A DNA stretch of 64,000 nt from Octopus sinensis. Taxonomy: Eukaryota. The notes under the pieces are model-generated. The model worked only from the letters and a program-made list of their open reading frames with translations, had not been told where the DNA came from and searched no databases. The position numbers were made by a program, and so were the translations under genes. Positions 53,385 to 64,000 of the stretch are shown here, piece after piece. Within the stretch, counting starts at the first letter, position 1. Each line of letters opens with the position of its first letter. The stretch is taken from contig NC_043003.1 of assembly GCF_006345805.1 (NCBI RefSeq), forward strand, positions 88,102,001-88,166,000, read 5' to 3'.

Positions 53385-53700
53385 ATGTTCAGGGAACCAC
53401 GTACTACAATAGCTTGGGATTCGAGGGCTCATAGCTATTTAATGCCTTGCAAAAACATTTTGAGGGATCTCTGTGGAGTGGGGATAGATGTTTTCAAGAA
53501 ACAGCTTGATCTCTTACTATCCAAGATTCCAGATGAACCAATATCAAGGCAGAAAACACAAACAAGGGCAGCAGTGTTGAAAAGCCTCCTTCACCAAAAG
53601 CCAATCACATAGGATTGGTCAATTAAAAGGTGATTACAATGATGGTGCCCCAGCATGACCACAGCCTTAGGGCTGAAACATATAAAAGAATACACAAACT
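53385..53700 (+). mobile_element. CR1-type LINE 3' end fragment
   Basis: LRDLCGVGIDVFKKQLDLLLSKIPDEP...TRAA..SLLHQ, typical of a CR1-group C-terminus. Confidence 0.65.
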
Positions 53701-54046
53701 GGGGCCATTCAAAAAGCACCCAGTACACTTTGTGGAGTGTTTGGTGTTAGAAAGGGTGTCCAGCAGAAGAAACCATGCCAGAGGACACATCCTAAAGGGA
53801 AAACAGACTTTCAATGATGATGATGTCGACTATAGACACAAGGCCTGAAATCTTGAAACAAGGGGTTCTCCCGTTACCTAAGCCCCTGTGCTCAACTAGT
53901 ACTTAAAGAGCTGGAAGAAATGCTGCTAAGCATCTTGCCTAGCATGCTAATGAATTTGCAGCTCAACAATTATTAATTATTATAATGATGCAGATGACGA
54001 TGATGGTGATGAGGATGATAATTATAATAATAATAGTAATACATAC

Positions 54047-54259
54047 TTTTGAAATCATCAAGAGGAGGTTCATCGAAGTCGGACATGTGGTCATCACTAA
54101 GACTGTTTACTGAACTACAAGTATCAATATCTTTGCAAAGGTTTGGGATTTTAGTACCCCATATGTCATGAGTCAGCTTTTCCTCTTCATCATCACTATC
54201 ATTCTCTTCTTCATCATCCTCATATTTGAAGGCTTTGCTTTCGGATCCATACACAGGGT
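54047..54259 (-). CDS. EIF2B5: eIF2B epsilon exon (acidic linker): (D)PVYGSESKAFKYEDDEEENDSDDEEEKLTHDIWGTKIPNLCKDIDTCSSVNSLSDDHMSDFDEPPLDDFK
   Basis: ttacag acceptor and gtatgt donor; 213 nt, phase 1/1. Joins the 40021 exon as FK-M-FYTE; resembles human EVGAAGKGYLW...LQQNLWG...PQMDDIKVF. Confidence 0.9.
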
Positions 54260-54361
54260 CTGTAAACATATCAAAGGAAATATATATATGACACACACAC
54301 ACATATATATACACACACACTTACATACATACATATATAAAAACATGATGCCAAGGATTCA

Positions 54362-54439
54362 GCGGTACATATGTTTCGGGCCTTTATTAGACGGATTTAT
54401 AACAATGCGTAATGTGCGTCTGTGGCCTTCTTCAGCTGC
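54362..54439 (-). ncRNA. Mirror-copy hammerhead with a stem I mismatch (GCAG vs CCGC)
   Basis: Reverse complement of the left arm. Confidence 0.7.
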
Positions 54440-54559
54440 GCACAACTACTTCTTCAAGGACATGTATTACATCAAAAATTCTTGGTTGGGGATGCAAATC
54501 CTCTCATTCGCAACCAAGAATTTTTGATGTAATACATGTCCTTGAAGAAGTAGTTGTGC

Positions 54560-54637
54560 GCGGCTGAAGAAGGCCACAGACGCACATTATGCATTGTTAT
54601 AAATCCGTCTAATAAAGGCCCGAAACATATGTACCGC
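54560..54637 (+). ncRNA. Minimal type I hammerhead with palindromic stem III (ACATATGT); predicted cleavage after A54633
   Basis: GCGG-CTGAAGA-AGGCC.AGACG...CGTCT.GGCCC-GAAA-C ATAT G-TA/CCGC. Confidence 0.82.
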
Positions 54638-54844
54638 TGAATCCTTGGCATCATGTTTTTATTTTGATTAATTTACTCCACCACCTACACCACCAAACGG
54701 TATATACAGGTGCTTACAATTATCAAGTACTCACACCGAATTTCTATATATATATATATGTAGGTCCCGGGTTGAGTCAGGGTTAACCACAGTAAATAAG
54801 GTACTCAATACATAGCAGAGTAAATTAATTTATTTTATAGAAGG

Positions 54845-54895
54845 AGCTTCTACAGGACTAGAACTGTTTCATTCAAAAGAAATCATCAGGAAGCT
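54845..54895 (-). ncRNA. Type I hammerhead ribozyme (E2 left arm)
   Basis: Reverse complement is identical to 12604-12654. Confidence 0.85.
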
Positions 54896-55149
54896 AGGTG
54901 ACAAGAATAGTTTTGGCATTTATACATTTAGGCAGGTGGTGGGGGACTTTTTGGGGTAGGCATGGCGTAAACTATCATTCTTAGGGGAATGGTCAAAGGA
55001 ATCAGTGATAAAGTAGATAAAAGAATAAATAGAATAATAGAGTTTAGGTAAATAAGGAGACTCTCACTTATACATATATATATATACATATACACACACA
55101 CATACATATACACACACACACATATATATATACATGCACATATATACAC

Positions 55150-55194
<45 letters not shown>

Positions 55195-56916
55195 CACATA
55201 CACACATACATCCATATACACAAGTACATATACCCCCATTTTCATACATCTACGTACACACCCATACCCATACTCATACATACACACATATATATAAAAA
55301 TAAATAAATATAAAAACAAATATAAAAGAGGATATACACCCCCATACACACACGCTCACATAACTATATATATGTATATATATATATATACACACATTCA
55401 TACACACACTTATATATATATATATATATATACATACACATACATATGCATATACATGCACACACATACACACACATTTCTTCCCTTATTTTAAATTTTA
55501 TTTTTATATTTATTTTTATTTTGACCTCCACCAACCAGGCCAGCACTTAAGTAGGGTTCTCCCAAGGGATCTAGCCTAGCTGGCCTAAAGAATCCATTTA
55601 TTGCCGCTCTCCCTTCCTTTCTATCTTTCTTCCCACTGATACGAACATAAACACTCACACACGCACACTCATACACATACGCACGTGTTATATTCATACA
55701 TACATAAGTGTACCGACTTTCACATATAACTATGTACACACAAAACCACATATATAAATGTACTTCCGTACACATAAACACACATGAACATCTGCCCACA
55801 TATATAGACGCATATGCCTATATACAGACATTTGTGCATATAAACATACATACGCATATATAAGCATCCATACGCCTTTAAGTACATATTAGCACACATG
55901 CACACATACACGTGTACATAAAAGCATACCTACATATATCTACCTACACACATACATATACATACATGCACGTATATACACATATATGTAGATAGATGTG
56001 TGTGTGTGTATGTGCGTAGATATGCGTATGTGTATTAGTATGTGCATGTGTATATATATGTGTATGTATATGTATAGATATATGGATGTATGTGTATGTA
56101 GGTATGTATATGACTGGTGTAAGTATATATGTGTATGTACATGTAGGTATATGCGTGCGTGTATGTGTGTATATATATATATATATATAATATATATATA
56201 TATATATAATATATATATATGTATATATATGTAATATATGTATATGTATATATATGTGTATATATATATTTGTGTATATATATGGACTAGTCTTCTGTGT
56301 GTGTGTAGATGTATGTGTATGCGTGTAGATATGAATTTGTAGGTACGTGTACGTATGTGTATATACGTGCATGTATGTATATGTATGTGTGTAGGTAGAT
56401 ATATGTAGGTATGCTTTTATGTACACGTGTATGCGTGCATGTGTGCTAATATGTACTTAAAGGCGTATGGATGCGTATGTATGTTTATATGCACAAATGT
56501 CTGTATATAGGCATATGCGTCTATATATGTGGGCAGATGTTCATGTGTGTTTATGTGTACGGAAGTACATTTATATATGTGGTTTTGTGTGTACATAGTT
56601 ATATGTGAAAGTCGGTACACTTATGTATGTATGAATATAACACGTGCGTCTGTGTATGTGTATGAGTGTGCGTGTGAATGTGTGTGCGTGTGTGAGTGTT
56701 TGTGTTCGTATCAGTGGGAAGAAAGATAGAAAGGAAGGGAGAGGGGTAATAAATGGATTCTTTAGGCCAGCTAGGCTAGATCCCTTGGGAGAACCCTACT
56801 TCAGTGCTGGCCTGGTTGGTGGAGGTCAAAATAAAAATAAATATAAAAATAAAATTTAAAATAAGGGAAGAAATGTGTGTGTATGTGTGTGCATGTATAT
56901 GCATATGTATGTGTAT

Positions 56917-59900
56917 CACCGTCCCAGGGTCTCTAGAGCCCATGCCTCCCACACCCTCAGGGTTGGCACCCTCAACGTTGGCACTCTGAAAGGTAGGTCT
57001 GGTGAGATAGTCGAGATGCTTGAACGGAGATGTGTGGATATATGTTGCATGCAAGAAATAAGGTGGAGAGGAGGATCAGCTAAGTTCCTCACAGGCAAGG
57101 AACGCAGGTACAAGATTTTCTGGGCAGGGAACACTGACGGGGTTGGTGGCGTGGGTATACTTATCGCTGAGAAATGGGTAGATAAAGTAATTGAGGTAAT
57201 CAGAGTAAGTGACAGAATACTTAAGATTAGATTAGTGCTTCATCATAGTTTAGCAACCATTATATCAGCCTATGCTCCTCAGTCGGGGCTACCCGATGGA
57301 CAGAAAGACCGATTCTATGACACTCTACTGCAGACTACCTCATTGACGAACGACAGAGACCTTATCTTTGTGGCTGGTGACTTCAATGGTCACGTTGGAC
57401 GACATGCTGGGGGCTTCCATGGCATACATGGAGGCTATGGCTATGGCTCCCGCAACGAGGAGGGAACCAGGCTGCTGGAGTTCTGCGATGCAAATAATCT
57501 TATGATTTGCAACACTAACTTCAGGAAACCTACCAGCCACCTAGTCACTTACCAATCGGGCCAACATACCAGCCAAATTGACTACATCCTTACAAGGCAA
57601 AAGGAGAGATGGCTGCTTATAAATGCCAAAACCTTCCCAGGTGAAGAATGTACCCCACAACATAGACTGGTAGTTAGTGACTTTAGGATCAGGACTAGGA
57701 GGACAACCAGAAGACGACAAATATGGAGAAGAAGGATCTGGAAGCTTAAAGATCCTGCAAATGGACAGAGATTTAGGGACATATTACTTGAAGCCTCTGA
57801 CGAAGTAGAAGGGGATAGTGCATCACAGGGGGTAGAAGACAGCTGGACGTTTCTAAGGGACAACCTGCTGAGAGCCACTGACCAGATCTGTGGCTGGTGC
57901 AAAGTCCCCTCTCGACCTAGAATAACGTGGTGGTGGAACAATATTGTAGACAGGGCTATTAGAGAAAAGAGACAGGCTTGGAAGGTCTGGAAAAATGGGG
58001 GTAGCAGGGAATTGTATCAGACTGCCAAAAGAGAAGCTAGGAGACAGGTTTATTTAGCCAGAGGGGAAGCAGATAAGAAAAAATTTGCCAATGTTCTGCG
58101 CCGTGAGGACCAAAGACTGGAGGTGTTTCATGTTGCAAGACAGTGTGTGAGAGAGAATCGTGATGTGGTAGGAGAGAAGTGTGTTCGCATGGAAGATGGT
58201 TCACTTGCGCTAAATGAGGATGCAAAGAGAGAGGTTTGGAGATGCCACTATGAAAGGTTGCTGAATGAAGAAAATGAATGGGATAAAGAGAGTCTGCCGA
58301 ATGTTGACCCAACAGAGGGACCAGCTATCCGAGTTGATAGTTCTGTGGTAGCTAAGGCAATTAGAAGCATGAAGACAGGGAAAGCCCCAGGCCCATCAGG
58401 AATCACTGCAGAGATGCTCAAAATGTCTGGTAGTGTCGGCTATAGCCTAGTCACCCATATAGTTAATCAGGTGATGCACAAAGGGGTCATACCCAATGAC
58501 TGGTGTAGCAGTATAATAGTCAACTGCTACAAAGGTAAAGGTGATGCCCTAGATACAAATAACTACAGAGGTATCAAGCTGTTGGACCAGGTGATGAAGG
58601 TTACGGAGAGGGTCATAGCCCAACTAATTAGAGAGAGAGTTAGTTTAGATGAGATGCAGTTTGGGTTTGTGCCAGGGAAAAGTACTACTGATGCTATATT
58701 CCTGGTAAGGCAGCTGCAGGAGAAATACCTAGCCAAAGATAAGCCCCTGTACCTGGCTTTTGTTGACATGGAGAAAGCCTTCGACAGGGTCCCCCGATCC
58801 CTTATCTGGTGGGCAATGAGAAAACTAGGGATAGATGAATGGTTTGTGAGAGCTGTGCGGGCCATGTATAGGGACGCCGCTAGTAGGGTGAGGGTTGGAA
58901 ATGAGTACAGTGAAGAATTCCGGGTAGAGGTAGGGGTCCACCAAGGCTCAGTACTCAGCCCCCTCCTATTTATCATAGTCCTCCAGGCAATAACGGAGGA
59001 ATTCAAGACAGGATGCCCTTGGGAGCTCCTCTATGCTGATGACCTTGCTCTAATTGCTGAGTCGCTATCAGAACTGGAGGAGAAGTTTCAGGTGTGGAAA
59101 CAAGGATTAGAATCGAAGGGCCTCAGAGTCAATCTAGCGAAAACCAAAGTCGTAATCAGTAGGAAGGTAGACAAATCACAAATGCCTTCAGGTAGATGGC
59201 CCTGCTCGATCTGTAGAAAAGGTGTAGGTAGAAACTCTATAAGATGCACCAAGTGTAAGCTATGGACACATAAGAGATGCAGCAATGTCAAAGGAAGGCT
59301 AACTAGGAAGATGGTTTTTGTATGTGGCAGATGCTCAGGAACAATAAACACTGAAAATGCTCTGAGACCAACTTCCGTCACTTTCCAGGGAGAAAAACTA
59401 GAAATAGTTGATAGTTTCCGTTACCTAGGTGACCAAGTCAGCAGCGGGGGCGGGTGTGCTGAAAGTGTAACTGCTAGAGTAAGAATAGCTTGGGCAAAGT
59501 TCAGAGAGCTCTTACCTCTGCTGGTGACAAAAGGCCTCTCGCACAGAGTGAAAGGCAGACTGTATGATGCGTGTGTACGAACAGCCATGCTACATGGCAG
59601 TGAAACATGGGCCGTGACTGCTGAGGATATGCGTAAGCTCGCTAGAAATGAAGCCAGTATGCTCTGATGGATGTGTAATGCCGGTACTCACACTCGGCAG
59701 AGTGTAAGTACCTTGAGAGAAAAGCTGGACCTAAGAAGCATCAGTTGTGGTGTGCAAGAGAGACGTTTGCGCTGGTATGGTCATGTGGTGAGAATGGATG
59801 AAGATAGTTGTGTGAAAAAGTGCCACACCCTAGCGGTTCAGGGAACCTGTGGAAGAGGCAGACCCAGGAAAACCTGGGACGAGGTGGTGAAGCACGACCT

Positions 59901-60597
59901 TCGAACTTTAGGTCTCACTGAGGAAATGACTAGAGACCGAGACCTCTGGAAGTGTGCTGTGCGCGAGAAGACCCGGCAGGACAAGTGAGTCCACAACCCG
60001 TGGCCTTCTACATGGGATGGAGCCAGCCTACGTATGCATACCTTCCCTTCTTGGGACACAAAACTCTACTTGTGAAGACGTGTTGAGGCAAGTGAGGATC
60101 AGAATCGAAATCGATCAATGGAAATTGCGGATGTACTACCAGTGCCGGTGGCATGTCGAAACTCTGCTTGTGAAGACCCATTGAGGCAAGTGAGGATCAG
60201 AATCGAAATCGATCAATGGAAATCGATCAATGGAAATTGCAGATGTGTTACCAGTGCCGGTGGCATGTAAGAGAACTTTCCGTTTCGCGACCATTGCCAG
60301 CACTGCCCCGTTTCGTGTCCGTTGCCAGCCTCGCCTGGCCCTCGTGCCGGTGGCACATAAAAAGCACCATCCGTTTGTGGCCGTTTGCCAGCTCTGTCTG
60401 GCACCAGTGCGGGTGGCACGTAAAAAGCACCCACTACACTCACGGAGTGGTTGGCGTTAGGAAGGGCATCCAGCCGTAGAAACACTGCCAGATTTGACTG
60501 GGCCTGATGAAGCCTTCTGGCTTCACAGACCCCAGTAGAACCGTCCAACCCATGCTAGCATGGAAAACGGACGCTAAATGATGATGATGATGATGAT
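56917..60597 (+). mobile_element. Near-intact RTE LINE: single APE-RT ORF (~56917-59988) with one premature TGA at 59665-59667
   Basis: The 930-aa ORF continues in frame as a 105-aa ORF; other copies have CGA at this codon. Followed by the 3' UTR and (GAT)n tail. Confidence 0.96.
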
Positions 60598-60613
60598 ATA
60601 AGTGTGTGTATGA

Positions 60614-60648
<35 letters not shown>

Positions 60649-60824
60649 GATATGTGAGCGTGTGTGTATGGGGGTGTATATCCTCTTTTATATTTGTTTT
60701 TATATTTATTTATTTTTATATATATGTGTGTAGATATATGTGTGTATGTATGAGTATGGGTGTGTACGTAGATGTATGAAAATGGGGGTATATGTACTTG
60801 TGTGTATGTGTGTATGTGTATGTA

Positions 60825-60891
<67 letters not shown>

Positions 60892-60893
60892 TG

Positions 60894-60925
<32 letters not shown>

Positions 60926-61143
60926 GTGTGTGTGTGTGTATATGTATATATATATGTATAAGTGAGAGTCTCCTTATTTACCTAAACTCTATTATTCTAT
61001 TTATTCTTTTATCTACTTTATCACTGATTCCTTTGACCACTCCCCTAAGAATGATAGTTTACGCCATGCCTACCCCAAAAAGTCCCCCACCACCCCTTTA
61101 AACCTGCCTAAATGTATAAATGCCAAAACTATTCTTGTCACCT

Positions 61144-61194
61144 AGCTTCCTGATGATTTCTTTTGAATGAAACAGTTCTAGTCCTGTAGAAGCT
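61144..61194 (+). ncRNA. Type I hammerhead ribozyme (E2 right arm); predicted cleavage after A61188
   Basis: Identical to 12604-12654. Confidence 0.85.
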
Positions 61195-61424
61195 CCTTCT
61201 ATAAAATAAAATATATATATATATATAAATATATATGTAATACACACATTACATATATATATATATATATATACAGTAGAACCTTGGTGTTTTCAAACAA
61301 CTCTGATCACGAATAAATCGTATTTTATCTCCTGTCTTTCTCATATTCATTTACTACAGTACCTCAGTTTACGAATGCCTCTGACCACAAATACATCATA
61401 CTTTATATATATCTATACAGTATA

Positions 61425-62685
61425 CAGAGGTTGGACAAAATAATAGAATCACCTTAAAATTTCAAACAAATTTATTTTAATACGGAGTAGGACTGACTTT
61501 GGCAGGAATTACAGTTTAAATTCTTCGAGGTATGGACTTATACAAAGTTTGAATTGTTTCCAAAAGAATTTTTGTCCATTCTTCAGCTGAAACAGTCTCC
61601 AGTTCTTGTAGTGATGAGGCTGGAGGATATCAACTCCTTACTTGTTTTTCTAAAATGCAAAATAAATGTTCAATAATATTGAGATCTGGGGACTGTGGTG
61701 GCTAGATAAGATGTTCAACTTCACTAGAAGTTCCTCGTGCCATTCAGTAACAACTTTAGCTGTGTGAATTGGAGCATTATCATCCTGAAAGATTGCGGTT
61801 CCCTGCGGAAACAACCATAGGATGTATTTGATCAGATAAAATGCTTAGTCTTGACTGTTAATTCTGCCATGAAGGGAAACCATTGGGCCAGCAGATTTCC
61901 AAGATATACACCCCTCACCAGATCATCACAGACTCCCGCCCTGTTTAACAGTTGAAAGAAAGCAGTCTGGGTTAAATGCTTCTTTTGGCTGCCTCCACAC
62001 ATATACTAGGCTCGTGGTTGGAAATAAGGTAAAGGATGACTCATCTGAGAAAATAGCATTCCTCCACTGCTCTAGGGACTAATTCTGTAGATTTTTACTC
62101 CACTCTAAATGCTTTGCAATGTTTGTTTTTGAAAGTAGTGGTTTTCTGATTGCAGTCTGCCCATGAAATCCGGCTTTATGCAGCTCCCGGCAAACAGATT
62201 TTGTAGAAACTGGGTTCTTGAGTTGGTCATTAAGCTCTGCAGTAATTTTGGGAGCTGTACTTTTGTGATCCTTTCTAACAATTCATGTAAGAGTCTGACA
62301 GTCCCTATCTGAAAGCTTTGGTTTTCTTCCGGTGTTTTGTTTTGACAAGGTTTTTCCTTCTTTGTCAAAGGCTGTCATTACTTTTGAGACAGTACTTCTT
62401 GATACACCAAACATTTTAGCTCTTTTCGTTACACTAGCGCCTGCAATATGAGCACCAACAATTTGACCTCTTTGAAAGTCCGATACATCTGTCATTTTAA
62501 TGAATTTTAATTACCTTTTTCTGATGATATCCAAAAAGAAACAGTAATTTTAGCAAAACATATTAAGCAACATTAATAATAAATCCCAAAACATAAAAAT
62601 AAACAACCTTTTGACGGTTTTAGAGATATTTAAAAAATTATGATGATTTGACGCTAGGTGTTTACATTAATTGATTCAACCCCTG
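61425..62685 (-). mobile_element. Tc1-type transposon, decayed
   Basis: MTDVSDFQRGQIVGA...GRKPKLSDRD; FQDDNAPIHTAK; WPPQSPDLNIIEH; imperfect TIRs CAGAGGTTGGACAAA / TTGATTCAACCCCTG. Confidence 0.85.
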
Positions 62686-62715
62686 TATCTATATATACAC
62701 ACATATAAACATGTG

Positions 62716-62748
<33 letters not shown>

Positions 62749-62869
62749 ATATGTATAATGTTTCTGTGCCAGTGTCACATAAAAAACAGCATCGAGCATG
62801 GTCATTGCCAGTGCAGGCTGACTGGTCCCGTGCCGATGGCACATAAAAATCTCAAAGATGAAAATTAAC

Positions 62870-63500
62870 TTGATATGTGTACTTAGCACTCTACTGTATG
62901 GAAGTGAGACTTGGACTACACACGCCAAGCGTGTCGCCTAATATCTTTCACCTGCGCTGCCTCCGGAAAATCCTCGGCATCAAGTGGCAGCATCATGTTC
63001 CCAACAAAGATGTCCACAAGCAAGCAGGAATACCAAAGCATGTTTGCACTCCTCACACAAAAACGTATGAGATGGCTTGGACATGTTAGCCCTATGGAAG
63101 ATGGCAGAATCCCCAAGGACATACTCTACGGAGAGCTTGCTAGGGGCACTAGGTCTGTGGGAAGACTGTTCTTATGATACAAGGATGTTAGCAAAAGGGA
63201 CATGAAGGCCTGCAACATCAATATTAGCAACTGGGAAGCAGTTGCCAGCAACTGTGGAGATTGGCAATGTACCGTAAAAGAGGGAACACAAAGGAGTGAC
63301 GAGAAATGGAAAAACAAGAAAGTATGACATTACAACCAGCCAGGCAAAGTCTTCGCTACATTTGCGGCACCTGCGAGAGGAAGTGTTTGTCCAGGATAGG
63401 ATTACACAGCCACAGCAGGAGATGTATTAGGACATGAAATGTAAAAGCTGGACTAGATTATTTTATGCGCAAATCCATTGTCCCACGAGACAAAAAGGAT
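62870..63500 (+). mobile_element. RTE (BovB-like) 3' fragment from a different family
   Basis: FHLRCLRKILGIKWQ, MRWLGHV, GRIPKDILYGEL and a terminal C-x2-C...RIGLHSH finger. Confidence 0.8.
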
Positions 63501-63727
63501 GCCAACAACTTTATTTATATATATTTATTAATATACATTTATTAATATAAAATATATATATAAGCATGAGTATATATACACACACAAATACAAATATATG
63601 TATACACACATATGACTATATATATATATATACACACACACACCTTACCAGATTGTGCTATTAACTAAGACATGGCTTGGGCCCATACTGGCTGAGACCT
63701 ATCAAAGTGATATACATACATATATAT

Positions 63728-64000
63728 ATCAGGTCATCCCATAAGTTCTCTCCGAATTTTGAATAAAGAAATATCAAGTGATCAAATGTAAAATTTAATT
63801 GAAATTTAACCATCAATGTGCTTTCCTGATTATCTATGACTTCCTTCCATCTATTTACAAGCTTTTTATACCCATCAATGTAAAACTCTTTTGGTTTCAA
63901 ACCAAAGAACTCTGAAAAGTCAATTTCGACCTCCTCCTAGCTTGCAAGTTACATCCCCCAAATGATTCTGTAAACCATGAAACAAATGCTAGTCTCAAGG
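63728..64000 (-). mobile_element. Mariner 3' end with TIR, running off the window
   Basis: KEFYIDGYKKLVNRWKEVIDNQ; TA-TCAGGTCATCCCATAAGTT terminus. Confidence 0.72.

Larger units (their letters stand above)
54337..54662. mobile_element. 326-bp near-perfect palindrome; each arm carries a minimal hammerhead; one-sided ~85 bp extension to ~54745
   Basis: 54337-54488 is the reverse complement of 54511-54662 with 2 mismatches. Confidence 0.92.
54759..61210. mobile_element. Foldback element E2 (same family as E1), ~1.1 kb arms, right arm interrupted by an RTE LINE
   Basis: 54830-55985 is the reverse complement of 56300-56916 plus 60598-61208; same TGTAGGTCCCG left end and same right-arm endpoint as E1. 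Confidence 0.88.

Noticed and set aside
59036-59043. CTGATGA in RTE copies (also at 21038 and 31547 on the minus strand)
   Set aside because: This is the YADD coding sequence, with no HHR stems.
62520-62550. CTGATGA...GAAAC near the Tc1 end
   Set aside because: No stem II, stem III or stem I pairing.

Overview
This is 64 kb of AT-rich, microsatellite- and transposon-dense animal genomic DNA. The repeat content resembles Octopus/cephalopod DNA (inference). One 100-N gap lies at 26277-26376. The only host gene I can support is five small minus-strand exons (54259->9711) that splice in frame with GT-AG sites into the C-terminal acidic region and W2 domain of eIF2B epsilon (EIF2B5). The upstream exons and the terminal exon were not found. 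Almost everything else is intronic mobile DNA: many RTE-clade LINE copies (one near-intact at 56.9-60.6 kb), CR1-type LINEs, three decayed Penelope-like elements (PLEs), Tc1/mariner/rosa elements, MITEs, SINEs and an intron-containing tRNA-Lys-like pseudogene. The main unexplained signal is a set of non-coding foldback (inverted-repeat) elements with a type I hammerhead ribozyme (HHR) near the outer end of each arm, one per strand and both pointing outward. They lie at 10.5-12.7 kb, 54.76-61.2 kb, 54.34-54.66 kb and, more decayed, 49.6-50.5 kb. They represent three different HHR sequence families with the same architecture and probably form a non-autonomous PLE/retrozyme-like system. All HHR calls come from manual base-pairing, not computation.
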